Assembly: GCF_018350175.1 (NCBI RefSeq)
Contig: NC_058368.1
Span: forward strand, 154,630,001-154,694,000
Origin: Felis catus
Lineage: Eukaryota
Reading direction: 5' to 3'
DNA: 64,000 nt
The notes beneath the pieces are model-generated. The model saw only the letters and a list, made by a program, of their open reading frames with translations. It had not been told where the DNA came from and did not search any database. A program made the translations under genes and the position numbers. Position 1 is the first letter of the stretch; every line of letters starts with the position of its first letter. Shown here piece by piece: positions 51,165 to 63,382 of this stretch.

Positions 51165-51790
51165 ATTTTATTAAATGAATATTTATTGGTGTCCTTCCAT
51201 TGGCAGTGTGGTACAATGTGGTAAAGCATTTCAGTCTTGTTAGGCACGCAGTCCTAGTCTGAAGCTCCAATTTTCCACAGAACAGCAATGTAGAAAGGAA
51301 CTTTTGTTCCACTGAACAGGGAAAATGGGACTATAATACCCAATTTATGAGTTTCAATGTTAATTAAAAGCATTATCAGGAAAGGCAATGTAGTTCAGTT
51401 TTCATAATATGGTGTTTAATGCATCAAAAGAAAAAAATAAGCATCATGCTAAATCTGTAGAGATACAAAGAGTAAGACTCAGTTCCTGCTCTCAGAAAAC
51501 TTACAGTCCAGTCGAGAGGCATTACAGATGTGATAAGACAGTACACAAATACTAATCAAAAGGCTGAGTGTGGCCAAGTCCCAGAGAAACGCAATGGGAT
51601 TCAAAGCAGAGGTCACACCGGTCCTGAGGTCTGGTTGATTGGTTCTTGATCATGATTTCGAGAGCCATGAGGAATCATCGAAAGTTTTTAAAGGGGAGGT
51701 TAAATGATGAGAACTAGACTTTAGCAAGGCTCCACAGAGAACAGTACCTAGGTTGTAGTATTAGGTTAGGGAGAAAAAGCTGATTAAAAG
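51165..51790 (-). mobile_element. L2 3' relic with nested MIR
   Basis: TGAATATTTATTGG...AAGACTCAGTTCCTGCTCTCAGAAAACTTACAGTCCAG; MIR-like GGCAGTGTGGTACAATG at ~51200. Confidence 0.55.
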
Positions 51791-52042
51791 ATATTAACAT
51801 TACTTTTCTTTTTTTTAAATCTTAACTTGATTCTTATGCTGAATCCGTTGACTGCTGCTTCTTTCTTGATCCCTCTCCTCCTTTGTATTCAAATTACCTC
51901 TCTCAGGATCTTGTCCAAAATCTTTGGGTATTTCTCTATCTCATTTCTGATTCTTTTTTCTTTAATTCTATAGTAACTACTGATGCCTCCAAATTCTGTT
52001 ATACCCCTCATTTCATATCATTCCATTACATTCTCTTTAAAT

Positions 52043-52254
52043 TTTTTTTTTCAACGTTTATTTATTTTTGGGACAGAGAGAGACAGAGCATGAACGGGGG
52101 AGGGGCAGAGAGAGAGGGAGACACAGAATCTGAAACAGGCTCCAGGCTCTGAGCCATCAGCCCAGAGCCCGACACGGGGCTCGAACTCACGGACTGCGAG
52201 ATCGTGACCTGGCTGAAGTCGGACGCTTAACCGACTGCGCCACCCAGGCGCCCC
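52043..52254 (-). mobile_element. Young full-length SINEC_Fc
   Basis: CpG-rich reverse body; perfect TSD CATTACATTCTCTTTAAAT. Confidence 0.97.
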
Positions 52255-53119
52255 CATTACATTCTCTTTAAATGATTTTATTTAGACTCAAGAGAAGAAA
52301 TCCTGCCCATATCTTGGCAACTCCAAAACTAAATTTCTTTGTAGAATTCTGCCTTGAGCTGGTGATTTATATCCACCTGGCTCCTCAGCTTCTACAACTG
52401 AATAATCAATTACTTCTAACTCAGGTCAAATTAGATACCATCTTGACAATGAACTATAATTCACTCATTCATTCATCAATTCGGCAAATGGTGTTTGAGC
52501 CTATGCTATGTACCGGGTACACAGGCATGTGAACTTCACCAGCAAATACAGATATCAACACTTGCAGAACTTTTATCAAGTTCACTCTGGCAACAGATAT
52601 TCAGTGTTGTGATTCTGAACCTCCCCTGCCCGTAACCAACTATTTCTAATCCTTCGGTTAGTCTCTGATGTAAAACATTTAAAAATTAAAAAAAAAAAAA
52701 AAAACAGAAAAATTTATGATCTAGCCCATGCTGACAGATTAGGATCATTTTTTTCCCATAGTTTACAATTTACATAATTTATGATTTATCATATAAGCAA
52801 TGCTCCAGCTCACCTGTAGCCTTTGTCCTTGCTCTTTCCTCTATCCGGAAAATTTCCTCCTCTTCACCCATGCCCCATCCAGCTAGTGCCCGTTGACTTT
52901 TTGAAACTCACCCAAGACGTCAGCTCTTCCATGATCATCTCCCATTTCCCAGTATGGACTAAGTCAGCTTCTCTATATTCCTATCAACATTTTATATACC
53001 CCTACCATAGCACTTATTCAAATCTATCGCAAATACTTCTGAATCATGGTTCAAGTAGTTTCTGAGCTAATAGAATGTGGGGACTTTGTTGTTACTCTCT
53101 GATTCCCTGTGCTAATTAT

Positions 53120-53789
53120 TACATTAATATTTCTCAGCTCAAAATCCATTTTCTATGCTCTAATCTTAATACTATAATTGGACCCAGCAAACATTTCTCC
53201 TTCACCAGTTGACTTGATGTGAGGCTTTGTTAAGAGAGGGAACTGGAGGAACACAAGTAAAAGTAAAAACAAGTCCATTTTTAGGGACCAGTCCACCCAG
53301 ACTCTCTAGCAGTTTACCTGGCCACTTGACAAACCTTTTGTAGGTTTTCTAGGGACCAGCTCTGGCCTGACTGCACCCTCCAACAGGTTTCTCAGACATT
53401 CAGTGGGACATTCCTAAGAGTAAAGTACAACTACACCATCCTTGAATAGATTTCTCAGCTCCTCCACGGGTAATTCTTAGGGGCCAGTTGGCACCCTTTT
53501 TACTTCTGCAAATTTCTTATGTGTCAAAACATTGTTTCTTTGGGAGTGCTAATTTCTCCCGTAAGAATCTCTGCATTTTAGGGGCAGGGAAGAATTCCTT
53601 TTCTAAATTCTTAGTTCCTTCTTGTTCACTCTCCCTTGGCCTTAGATACGAGTAGCTGCTTTTTGCATTTGCTACTTCTTTAGCCTTACATTCCTTTTTT
53701 ACCCTTTATGCTAGTTAATTCTTTATACTGAATTTTCCTGATTCAAATTACTGTATGGTTTCTGTCTCCTGGCTGGACTCTGACTGATA
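53120..53789 (+). mobile_element. LTR41-like ERVL solo LTR inserted in an L2 3' end
   Basis: Start TTTCTCAGCTCAAAATCCATTTTCTATGCTC...CAAACATTTCTCCTT; end CAAATTACTGTATGGTTTCTGTCTCCTGGCTGGACTCTGACTGATA; L2 terminus resumes CCTAGCACAATGCTCGGCGCATA. Confidence 0.7.
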
Positions 53790-54144
53790 ACTCCCTAGCA
53801 CAATGCTCGGCGCATATTGACAAGCAAATATATTGTGGTTGAATTACGAAAATAATGATCAAGGAAAGAAGCCAAAGATATAAACTGCTATTTTAGCTAA
53901 AGGAAGACTAGATGTAAGAATCACTGAGGATTCAAACTTTACCAAAGATGGCAACCAATAATGTATGAGGAATAAAACAGAGCCAATGATAACACCAAGA
54001 TTTTGAAATGGAGAGCCTGGGAACATGATGGTACTATTAGGAGAAACAGACAACTAAAGCAGAGAAAAAGATGGGAATTTTAAGTGATTTTTAAAAAACA
54101 TGTTTATATCTTAAGAGAATGGCATTTTCTGGAGTATCTCAGTA

Positions 54145-54520
54145 TTTAATCAAGTTACCCCAATAGCTAAAACAGAAAATCCAAAGATCTCAACAAATGG
54201 CTTCCTGGGAAAAATGCCTGTTTCTCGCTCACACAGCAGTTCAAGCCCAGGGTTAGGTTGGAGAACACTCATGTGGTGACTTAGGGACTCAAGCTCCCTC
54301 CATCTCATGAATGTACCTTTCCCCTGGGAGTCCTCTGCCGGAGCATCTGCATCTAGATGCAGATGGGGAGACACAGAGAAAGAAACTGGTTCGGGCGGGG
54401 GGGGGGGGGGTAATTACCACATTCTTACACCTGTGGCATGTTCAAGTGACAAAGAAAAAGGAAGTAGTGTCTATACCTCCTTGGTCTTATTAGGTCACAT
54501 CAACTATCCACATTTGGGTG
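54145..54520 (-). mobile_element. Ancient MLT1 LTR relic with a poly(G) run
   Basis: TTTCTCGCTCACACAGCAGTTCA...GGGACTCAAGCTCCCTCCATCTCATG. Confidence 0.5.
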
Positions 54521-55310
54521 ACATGGTCCTGAATGACCTCAGTGTATTGTGAGATACACAAGAAAGGAGTGAAAACTTCCCTTTGAAGCAACTGAACTTC
54601 TGTCTGGACTTATGTATAAAATTAGTTAATTCACTTGTCCTTAAAGTAATGACTCTATTCAGTGATAGGTTGGTATGTTGCATGTAACTTATGGCAGAAA
54701 AGCTAGCCTCTATAAATGAGAACTACTGAAAAGAAATATTGAGTTTGTGAATGCTTATTATACATTGAAAATAACAATAATAATGAATGCTTACTGAAAC
54801 ACCAATATGTGGCACATCATATCCTGAGTGAAATATATGTATTATTTTATTTAAGCCTCACAAGTACCCTAAGTCCTATTTTGGCCCTCACTATGGCCAT
54901 TGGGAAAGTTTTTTTGTCTTTTGTTTTTTTCAATGTTGACATCAGATGGAACTTCAATTCTCTAGTCCCCCTGAGCCCTTTTTCTTTGTTTGTTAATTCC
55001 TGCGCTACTGTAGGTGGCTTTAAGAAGCTGCCTAGCACTTACCATGTGGGGACAAATTATAGGAAGAAATGGCATTATTTTTTTTCTGCAGAGAGCATGC
55101 TTTTGGCTTGAGAAGACTTCAAATTTCTACAAAGAAACATATTAAAAGTTCAATGCTATGTTAGTATTATGAATATAATGTTTTATTAGAAAGAGAGCTG
55201 GCAAATACTTTACAACATAAGTAGAAATAATAGTAGCTAACACTTATAAAGAATTTACATGGCTTCCCTTGAATCTGGGATTAAATCCAGGCTCTTTAAA
55301 AGTTTTCCTC

Positions 55311-55515
55311 AGGGCACTTGGGTGGCTCAGTCAGTGGAGCATTGGACTCTTGACTTCAGCTCAGTTCATGATGTGGTGGTTTGTGACACTGAGCCACACA
55401 TCGGGATCTGTCCTGAAGCCCAGAGCCTTCCTGAGATTCTCTCTCCCTCTCTCTCTGCCCTTCCCCTGCTGGCTCTCTCTCTTTCTCTCTCAAAATAAAT
55501 AAACATGTTTTTAAA
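55311..55515 (+). mobile_element. Older Can-SINE
   Basis: AGGGCACTTGGGTGGCTCAGTCAGTGGAGC...; TSD-like AGTTTTCCTC / AGTTTGCCTC. Confidence 0.92.
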
Positions 55516-55899
55516 GGAGTTTGCCTCTAAAATCCGGCTCTTGAGCCACATCCCCCAAATCATTTTGAACTGTTCTCCTCTTTGCTTTATATGGTTCAGT
55601 TATAGTGCTTATTTCTTTTTTCCTTCAGTTTCCAGAATATTCCAAGCTCTTTCCTATTTTGTGGACTTGCCACATAGCTGCTCTTTCTTCTTAGAGCATT
55701 CACTATTTTCATCTTCTCCCACCTACTCCTTCCCATTCTTCATCTCACTTCTCCAGAGTAATTTTCCTGAGCACCTAATGTGAAGTAGATTCTCCTCATA
55801 GCTGCCCTTCACAACACTGTCTTAATTTTCTTTATACCATTGATCACAATTTATCATAATGTATTTATGTGTTTGTTTATTTAGTGTTAAAGCCCCTAT

Positions 55900-56102
55900 T
55901 GTTTTTTTTTTTTGAAATGTTATTTATCTTGAGAGAATGCACAAGTGTGCACACGAGTGGGGAAGGCACAGGCTCTGTGCTGTCACCATGGAGCCTGCTT
56001 GAGATTCTCACCCTCCCTCTCTCTCTCTGCCCCTGCCCCACTCAGGTGCTCTCACTCTCTCTTTCTCTCTCTTAAATAATAAATAAATAAACTTAAAAAA
56101 AA
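55900..56102. mobile_element. Chimeric inverted SINE remnant (minus-strand 3' end fused to plus-strand 3' half)
   Basis: T-run and TTATTTATCTTGAGAGA...GGGGAAGGCACA joined to GGCTCTGTGCTGTCA...AATAAATAAACTTAAAAAA. Confidence 0.85.
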
Positions 56103-56584
56103 GTCTTCCCCAAATCCGTTAGCCCGAACAAATCTACCTTCTGTTGTATTCCTAGAACACTATGAAAGTATATTTACTATAGGATTTATCACAATGCATT
56201 CAATAATTCCATGTTTCTTCTGTTAGAATATGTGGGCCTAATAATCATAGTTCAATGTTTTGATGTGGTACAGAGTCCATAATGAATATCTATTAAGCAA
56301 TGAATACGTCATAAAACTTAAAATGCACCAATTTCATCCATAAGATTAGCACAAAAAATCCTAACCAGGAAGGAATTAACCAGATATTCGTAAACTGGGG
56401 AATATATTTATAATAGCATTTCTGTGTGTAAATCCACTTTAGCATCTAAATTAATAAGTTGGAAAACGAATATTTCGAATTCTGTCACTGTCTAATTCAT
56501 ACTGAATATGCATTTCATCTGAAGAAGTCAGGAAATCGACATTTATTTGCTCCCTCTTGGGACTTTGAAGAGACCTAAGAAGTA

Positions 56585-56820
56585 TATTAGTCTCAAATAG
56601 TAGAAGAGAAGAACATAGATTGCAGAGTCAGACTTCCTTCACTGAAATTCATTCTTCAACACTTACTAACACTATGTTTTTGATGTTTTTAAAGTTGTAG
56701 TTTCTCCATCTGTAGAGGGGAAATACTAGTAACCATTTCACAGGGCTCTTGTGAAAAATAAATAGTATTCAGGTAAAACCCTTAGAGCCATAACTGGCAC
56801 ATTGTCAGCATTTATCAAAG
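56585..56820 (+). mobile_element. MIR
   Basis: AGAACATAGATTGCAGAGTCAGAC...GTTTCTCCATCTGTAG...TCACAGGGCTCTTGTGA...CTGGCACAT. Confidence 0.75.
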
Positions 56821-56828
56821 ATACTCAA

Positions 56829-57027
56829 GGGGCATCTGGATGGCTCAGTCAGTGAAGTAACTGACTTCAGCTCAGGTCATGATCTCATGGTTCATGGGTT
56901 CGAGCCCCATGTCAGGCTCTGTGCTGACAGCTCAGAGCCTGGAGCCTGCTTCGGATTCTGTGTCTCCCTCTCTCTCTGTTCCTCCCCTGCTCGTTCTCTG
57001 TCTCTCTCAAAAATAAATAAAGGTTAA
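56829..57027 (+). mobile_element. Can-SINE
   Basis: Full body; TSD-like AAAGATACTC / AAAAATACTC. Confidence 0.95.
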
Positions 57028-57077
57028 AAAAATACTCCATAACTCTTTGTATTTCAATCAGAAGAACCGTCACACTT

Positions 57078-57293
57078 GGGGCGCCTGGGTGGCTCAGTCA
57101 GTTAAGCGTCCGACTTCAGCTCAGGTCATGAGCTCACAGTTTGTGAGTTTGAGCCCCGCATAGGGCTCTGTGCTGACAGCTCGGAGCCTGGGGCCTGCTT
57201 TGGATTCTGTCTCCCTCTCTCTCTGCCCCTCCCCTGCTCACACTGTGTCTCTCTCTGTCTCAAAAATAAATATTTAAAATTAAAAAAAAATAA
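57078..57293 (+). mobile_element. Can-SINE
   Basis: Full body; TSD AGAAGAACCGTCACACTT / AGACGAACTGTCACACTT. Confidence 0.96.
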
Positions 57294-57841
57294 AGACGAA
57301 CTGTCACACTTATGAATATGTCTAACTTCCTCCTTTCTATATTTTGAATTCTTGGAGGTAAGCAAACTTGTCTCATGCAACTTGCTATCCCTTAGAAACT
57401 TTAACAATATTTGTAATTAAGAATTTGTATTTTGGTTTGCATAATTCTGTCATGTTTATTATTTATACCCTTTTTAAACATGCCATAAATATGTGGTCAG
57501 GGACTTTTGCTCTGTCAAGACAGTCTGGGTATAAAACTGTCCATTCAAAAAAGAAAGACCTGTTGGGGAATCTATATTAGACAATTTGTAAGGTAACTCC
57601 TGAAGTTCTATGATTCTGGAAATCATTTAGAATTTTAAATAGGATATTTATTGAACTAAAATACACATACTATAAGGATAATAAACAGCAGCCTAATTAA
57701 TTTTCACAATTTGAACACAGCCATGTAACCAAAACCCATACATAAGTACTGATAAAGTTATAATTTTTTATAATTAAAATATTTGTTTGTATTATCACAT
57801 TTTCTCAAATATAACATTATCTTTGTTTCGGCATTTATATG

Positions 57842-58091
57842 GTTTTTTTTTTATTATTTTTTATTTTTTTTTTAATTTTTTTTTTCAACGTTTTTTATTT
57901 ATTTTTGGGACAGAGAGAGACAGAGCATGAACGGGGGAGGGGCAGAGAGAGAGGGAGACACAGAATCGGAAACAGGCTCCAGGCTCCGAGCCATCAGCCC
58001 AGAGCCCGACGCGGGGCTCGAACTCACAGACCGCAAGATCGTGACCTGGCTGATGTCCGGCGCTTAACTGACTGCGCCACCCAGGCGCCCC
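57842..58091 (-). mobile_element. Young full-length SINEC_Fc with long tail
   Basis: CpG-rich reverse body; perfect TSD TCGGCATTTATATG. Confidence 0.97.
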
Positions 58092-59699
58092 TCGGCATTT
58101 ATATGTTAAAATCAAAGACAAATGTTCTCCAAAGATAAAAAGAATTATATTACCAAAACGGTAATTATGCCCACACCTTCAAATTTTGCATCATACATAA
58201 TTGGGGAAGGTATTTTAAGTCGAGAATATTTGTTTCAAAGGTCAATAATTAAAATCTTTTATAGTTTTATGACTGGTTATTCCAGAAGAAAAATTTACCT
58301 TTTTCATAAAGCCCTATCAAATAAGCTATCAGCTATATAATACATGTATGTATATATGCTCATAGCTTCTATACTTGGACTTCCAGTAATTAAATGAAGT
58401 GATTTTACTGGTGGGATATCCCTAGGAAGCTAATCACTAGTCAAAATACTGAAAAAGTTAATAATGGAATTTAGATGGCACTTGGAAACTGTGGTTGAGT
58501 CCTTCATGGAGATTAAAGTTCTATTTCCCATCAAGACACCTACCTGGAGAATCTTCAGAAATATAAAACACAAATACCTTGATATTTAGCAAAAGGATAA
58601 AAAAAACCACCTTTGTTTCTTTTTTTGCTTTTTCTTTTTGCAACCTGTACTTAGTCAACTTCCCTCTGTGGTGTATAGATTCTGAAAGATAATTCTTCAG
58701 ACATGGGTTTTCTTTTCCCACTTACAAGCAAAGAAACTAAAATTGTGCTCAAAAAGCCTTTCTGCCCAGAAATTAAAACTGGAAAATAGGAATAAATTAT
58801 GTTTTAGTTTGCATCTCATGTGATGTACAGGTTCTCTCTAAAGCACAGAAATCTTACAAAATAAATGATTTTTCTTCAGGCTCAATGGAACAACACCAGT
58901 CCTAGGCATAACTTTTAGCCAGGGATTTCAGCATGTGCCTTGTGGAAAGTATCAGGGAAAGAGCGTACAGAAAATTGAGGAGTGGTAGGTAGGTAGCCAC
59001 TAATTAATGAAAAAAAGAGCCCCAAATAACTCTAAATATTTAGGCTACATGATTTAAATGCGCTTGCAAGGGGTGACTATTAGCCTGTTTGAGAGATGGT
59101 CCGTTCATTCATGGCACAATGCAGGTCCCTCAGAGGCACCACTGTGAAGGGAAACAAAGGGTTTGGGGCAGCCCCCCCTCACCCATTCTCCTCTGCTGCA
59201 ACACCCCTTGTTCACAAAGCTCCTTTCAACTGCTCCTTTATTCTGGATGTTTACTTTTACTCATTCAGATCTCTTTTTGCTATCTCATGCACAGCATACC
59301 CCACCCTCCAGCAAGCTGCACACAACCAAAGCACAAGCTTGCCATTGAAGAAAACGAATCTCAGGCCCAAGATTTGATAATTTGTAGAAATGCATGGTGA
59401 GTTTTCAGTATTTACAAAACAGTAACTATAGGTACCTTAATGCAAGCTAAAATAGATTTCTGGGAAGAAACATTCCGCAGCAACACAGGGAAGTTACAAT
59501 ACAAGCATTTTGGAGGGTTGGTTTCCTTGATATTTCAAACAACAAACCATGGGAAAACATTATCACCTGAGTAATATAAAAATGGCAGAATAAAATATCT
59601 GTTGTATTCTGAATTAATGTGCTTAGTTTTGAGTTTGCTTTGATTTTTTAGGTTATTTTTGTAATCCAGAAAATTTTAAATCCTGGAGTATGAGATAAA

Positions 59700-59825
59700 T
59701 AAGTATGTATATGATATGACCATATGAAGTTATATATATATATACATATACATACATATATATATTTAGTTCTATATATATGTATATATAGAAAAGCTCC
59801 CTATGATATGTGATTATATATAAAT
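59700..59825. repeat. TA-rich low-complexity tract
   Basis: TATATATATATATACATATACATACATATATAT... Confidence 0.85.
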
Positions 59826-60679
59826 AAACTTTGCAAGAAATTATACCTGTAGAGAGGAGGGATAAGGCCCCTTCTAAGTTATTAAGAGAATGAACAAAAT
59901 TTTTCAAAAAATATCTACATTAAAAAAAATATCATAATCTGGTCAAGGGAATATTTACAATGGTATCGCCATTTACAGTTGGACATGTTAACAACTGTGA
60001 AAGTTTATTAGCCAAATCTCTAAGTCATTTGTGTAAAATAGAATAGAAGTCTTATTCAATCTCATCTTTTGAGCAGGAATTACAGTATAATTTAAAAGGT
60101 ATTTTAAATAAAAATTTAAATATGGTAAAATCTATGAGAAAACTTTACTTTTAATTTGAATAAAATCAATCAAGTTCAGGTTATTAAATCAAATGAAAAC
60201 TACTAATTTACTACTCCATATTTTTATTTTATAAAAAAACATTTTAAGTCAGCTTTGAGTTTTAAAAAATGAAATGCATATTTCATGTTCTATATGAAAT
60301 AATAGCATAATAATCAAGATTTATAATAGCATTACACAACTATAATATTGGGGGGTTTTATTCAGTATCTTTAATGTAAAAGTTAAAACAGTTTTTTTAA
60401 CAAAGAAAAAAATGTTACTATTTACCAATAGTAACATTTTACTTCCACTTTCACATTTAACATTTAATTTCCACCTTACCTTGGAAATACACCCATGTTC
60501 AATCTAGTATTTACAACTTTATTTTTAAATTATTAAAAGTTATGAAGTGTTTACCTCCTTAGGAATAAAAGAGTTGTATATGCAGATTTGAATATTTCAC
60601 TCATCCCTTTAAACATGTGGCTCATGTATGTGTTTTTAATTGGGACTATCCCACTCTTCTAAACTCAAATACTTTCATT

Positions 60680-61600
60680 AAAGCACATGTGCATGCAAGC
60701 GATGATGACCCTTTAGAGCAGTCATAAATTTAGTCGCTGGGAAATGAGAAGGCTTCACAGATGACTTAATTTGCTGTGGGAACCTGCGCTTCCTCCGTGT
60801 GTAACCTCTGCATTTGGCTGCCTGTGACCTTCAGCACCATCCACCTGCTGGAAGCCATGTTTGATTCTCTGACCAGGGAAACGCCTGCTTGACAACAGAA
60901 TGGTATCATAGGACAGTGTGATGGAATTTTTCTTTCTCTGTCATCATTAAGGGGGTTCCCCCTATGGTGAGGGGAATGAAAAGTACGATTTAATGTTCTC
61001 TGGAGAGTGGCAGGGGGAAAAAAAAGGCTCAAAGCTTCACATGCTGCTTTCGGAGTGGGTCATTTCAGTCCTTGTGGCGAATGGGATGTCCCAATGGAAT
61101 TTGCCATAGACTGGCCTGAAAAGAAAGGGATTAAGACCCTTTTCAGGATGGAAATGTAACAAAAGGACCACTTTTATGATGTAGCAGCATAAAATAGGGG
61201 GCTCTATTGTGTAACTGATTGCTAAAGATCTTTGAATTGGGTAGCCGAGCCTGGTAGGCCCTGTTCCCCGCGGGTTTAGAGGCTTGTACAGAATATGTCT
61301 ACACTAGACGCAGAGTTCTGCTCTCATTTAGGCGCAAGTCAGAGATTATCAGTTTGTTCCTACATGATTTTTTTTTCCACACCTACCGAAAAGTGGCCTG
61401 TAGGGAGATTATACTCTAGTGAAAGTTGCTGCTAATTAAAACAAGTAATTAGTGTTCCTCCAGGCTTTGCGGTTTCACTCACTTTTGCCCGCCAGACAGC
61501 ATTAGTTTAAAAGCAATCCAATTTCTAGCAATAACAGACTGTAAAAAAGTCATTTAACAAGTATATAAGTGTAAGGTTACAGTTCAGGCGTTGATTTATC
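60680..61600. promoter_or_regulatory. Putative conserved non-coding/enhancer region
   Basis: Unique, higher GC than flanks, retained CpGs, GTCATAAAT, CTGTCATCATTAA, GCTAATTAAAACAAGTAATTAG. Confidence 0.4.
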
Positions 61601-63368
61601 TCTTCTGGGCTATTTAGAAATACTGTAGCAAAGTTGAAGAGAAAGAAAGTTAAATAGCTTTAAAAAAAATTAACATTAAGAAAAAAGGCCACATGCCTCA
61701 GTCCATTTACAAAAAAAAAAAAAAATGACAAGCAAAAACTGGGAGAATATGAGATTTCCTAAATTGCATTAGGAGAGGAAAATTGGATTTAATGCTGTTT
61801 TCTCATAGAACCCTCACTTAGCATTTTGTAAACAGATCATTTCATTAAGTCCTTTTGTTTCTCCTCCCGCCTTTGCTGAAACAGAGACTTTTTATTGACT
61901 GATTCTCATTGAAATGAATTGGAACAGTAGAGTTTAACACAACACATTATTACCCTTTTTTTTTTTTTTCACAATTCCAAAATGACTAGCCTGGCTCTAG
62001 TTTGCATATCTGGTGGGAGGATTTTGTTAAACAGAGAGATCTTGAGAGAGATTAAAATATTTTATTATTAAAGAGATATAACAGAAATCAATATGAAAAA
62101 AAACATATCTACAGTGCATCATGCCCTGATAAAATTCATGTCTAATCGCTGAATTTTTGTAATCTGACAACCTTCTATAATTGCTGCCTTTGCTGTTTAA
62201 AATGATCTATTTCTGAGGTTGATATCATCAAAGACATGCATACTATTGTGCAAGAAATTCAATGTAACTCATCATTAAAATCACCCCTAAGTCTGCTTTC
62301 CACCCCTAACAAATTAATTCATAATACTTCAATTAATGCACAGTTCTCAGATTTGTGGGTTTTCCAATGCTATATATACATTTTTTTAAAAAAAGAATGT
62401 CGGCTATTCCTCCAGAAGACACATAACTTCCCTTTGCTATTCATTTTGTACAGTGCTAATCATATCAATAATATTCCATATGTGAAAAGACAATTATTAT
62501 AAACTGTTAATACCACAAAATGTCAGCTATTATCATATATTCAACTGGTGGATTCTGAATTTAGTCATCTTCTTTAATGGATTATAATTAACGAAGTATT
62601 AAGTAGCCTGATTTTGATCATTTCAGGTTAAAACAAGACTCTAGACCTATCACATTTTAACTACCAATTTGGAATATGAAGATGTCTTTCATAAAGTCTG
62701 GCAGCTTGTTTAAATTAATGAAATAAATTTTCATCATGTGATTTATGAACTCTAAACCATATTTTAGAGTTTCAGAACATGCTTTTCCTCTCCTAGAATT
62801 TATTTCCTATGTTTATTTAAAGGATAAGAATTTTGGCACCAAGCTTAAAAGAAGAAATCTTACAAGGAGCATATGATCAGTAAGTACATTTATTTGAATC
62901 TCTGCTTAATTTTTCAAAATATCTCTAAGAAGATAAATTGTTAACTTTTTCTGGCTATAATTTTTTTTTCTCAAGAAGGAATCTATGAAATAATGAAGGC
63001 TGAATTCATAGCTAGGCATATTACTGTATGGATGATTTTTCTAATAGAAATGCTCTTCTAGAAATTCTAAAATTAATTTATAATCCTTGAAGAAAGTCAA
63101 ATGTGGCATATTGAAAGTTTCTGCTGTATCATGCCTTTTTTCTTGATTAGAAACTACACTCAGCTGGCATTTTAAGATCTATTATTTTTTGTTTTGTTTT
63201 GTTTTTTAATGGTGGGAAGCCTTCTTTCAAAATCAGCCTTTGATAGTATTTGATTTTCTTAAATTGCATTCAGGCTACATCTGTCCAGTCTCTTTTTGAG
63301 GTCAGAATTTGCTTTTTATTTCAGAGCTGATAAGCTGGAGAATGTGACTGTGGCAGCACAGACCTAGG

Positions 63369-63382
63369 GCACCAGAGGGCAG
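63369..63382 (+). promoter_or_regulatory. Candidate CTCF binding site
   Basis: GCACCAGAGGGCAG matches core CCASYAGRKGGCRS at 13 of 14 positions, in a small GC-richer patch of unique DNA. Confidence 0.55.

Noticed and set aside
56548..56563. Weak reverse CTCF-like sequence GCTCCCTCTTGGGA
   Set aside because: Several mismatches to the core consensus; no supporting context
78..58138. Many 60-135 aa ORFs with GAWVAQSV / SPTSGSVLTAQSLEPASDS / GRGRERGRHR motifs
   Set aside because: These are translations of Can-SINEs, not a gene family
58521..58721. Lys-rich minus-strand ORF with nearby splice-like sites
   Set aside because: Basic stretch derives from a T-rich tract; splice sites do not define a coherent exon and no known protein is recognised
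59089..59400. Overlapping ORFs in three frames
   Set aside because: Expected in a locally GC-richer segment; no recognisable protein or clear splice structure
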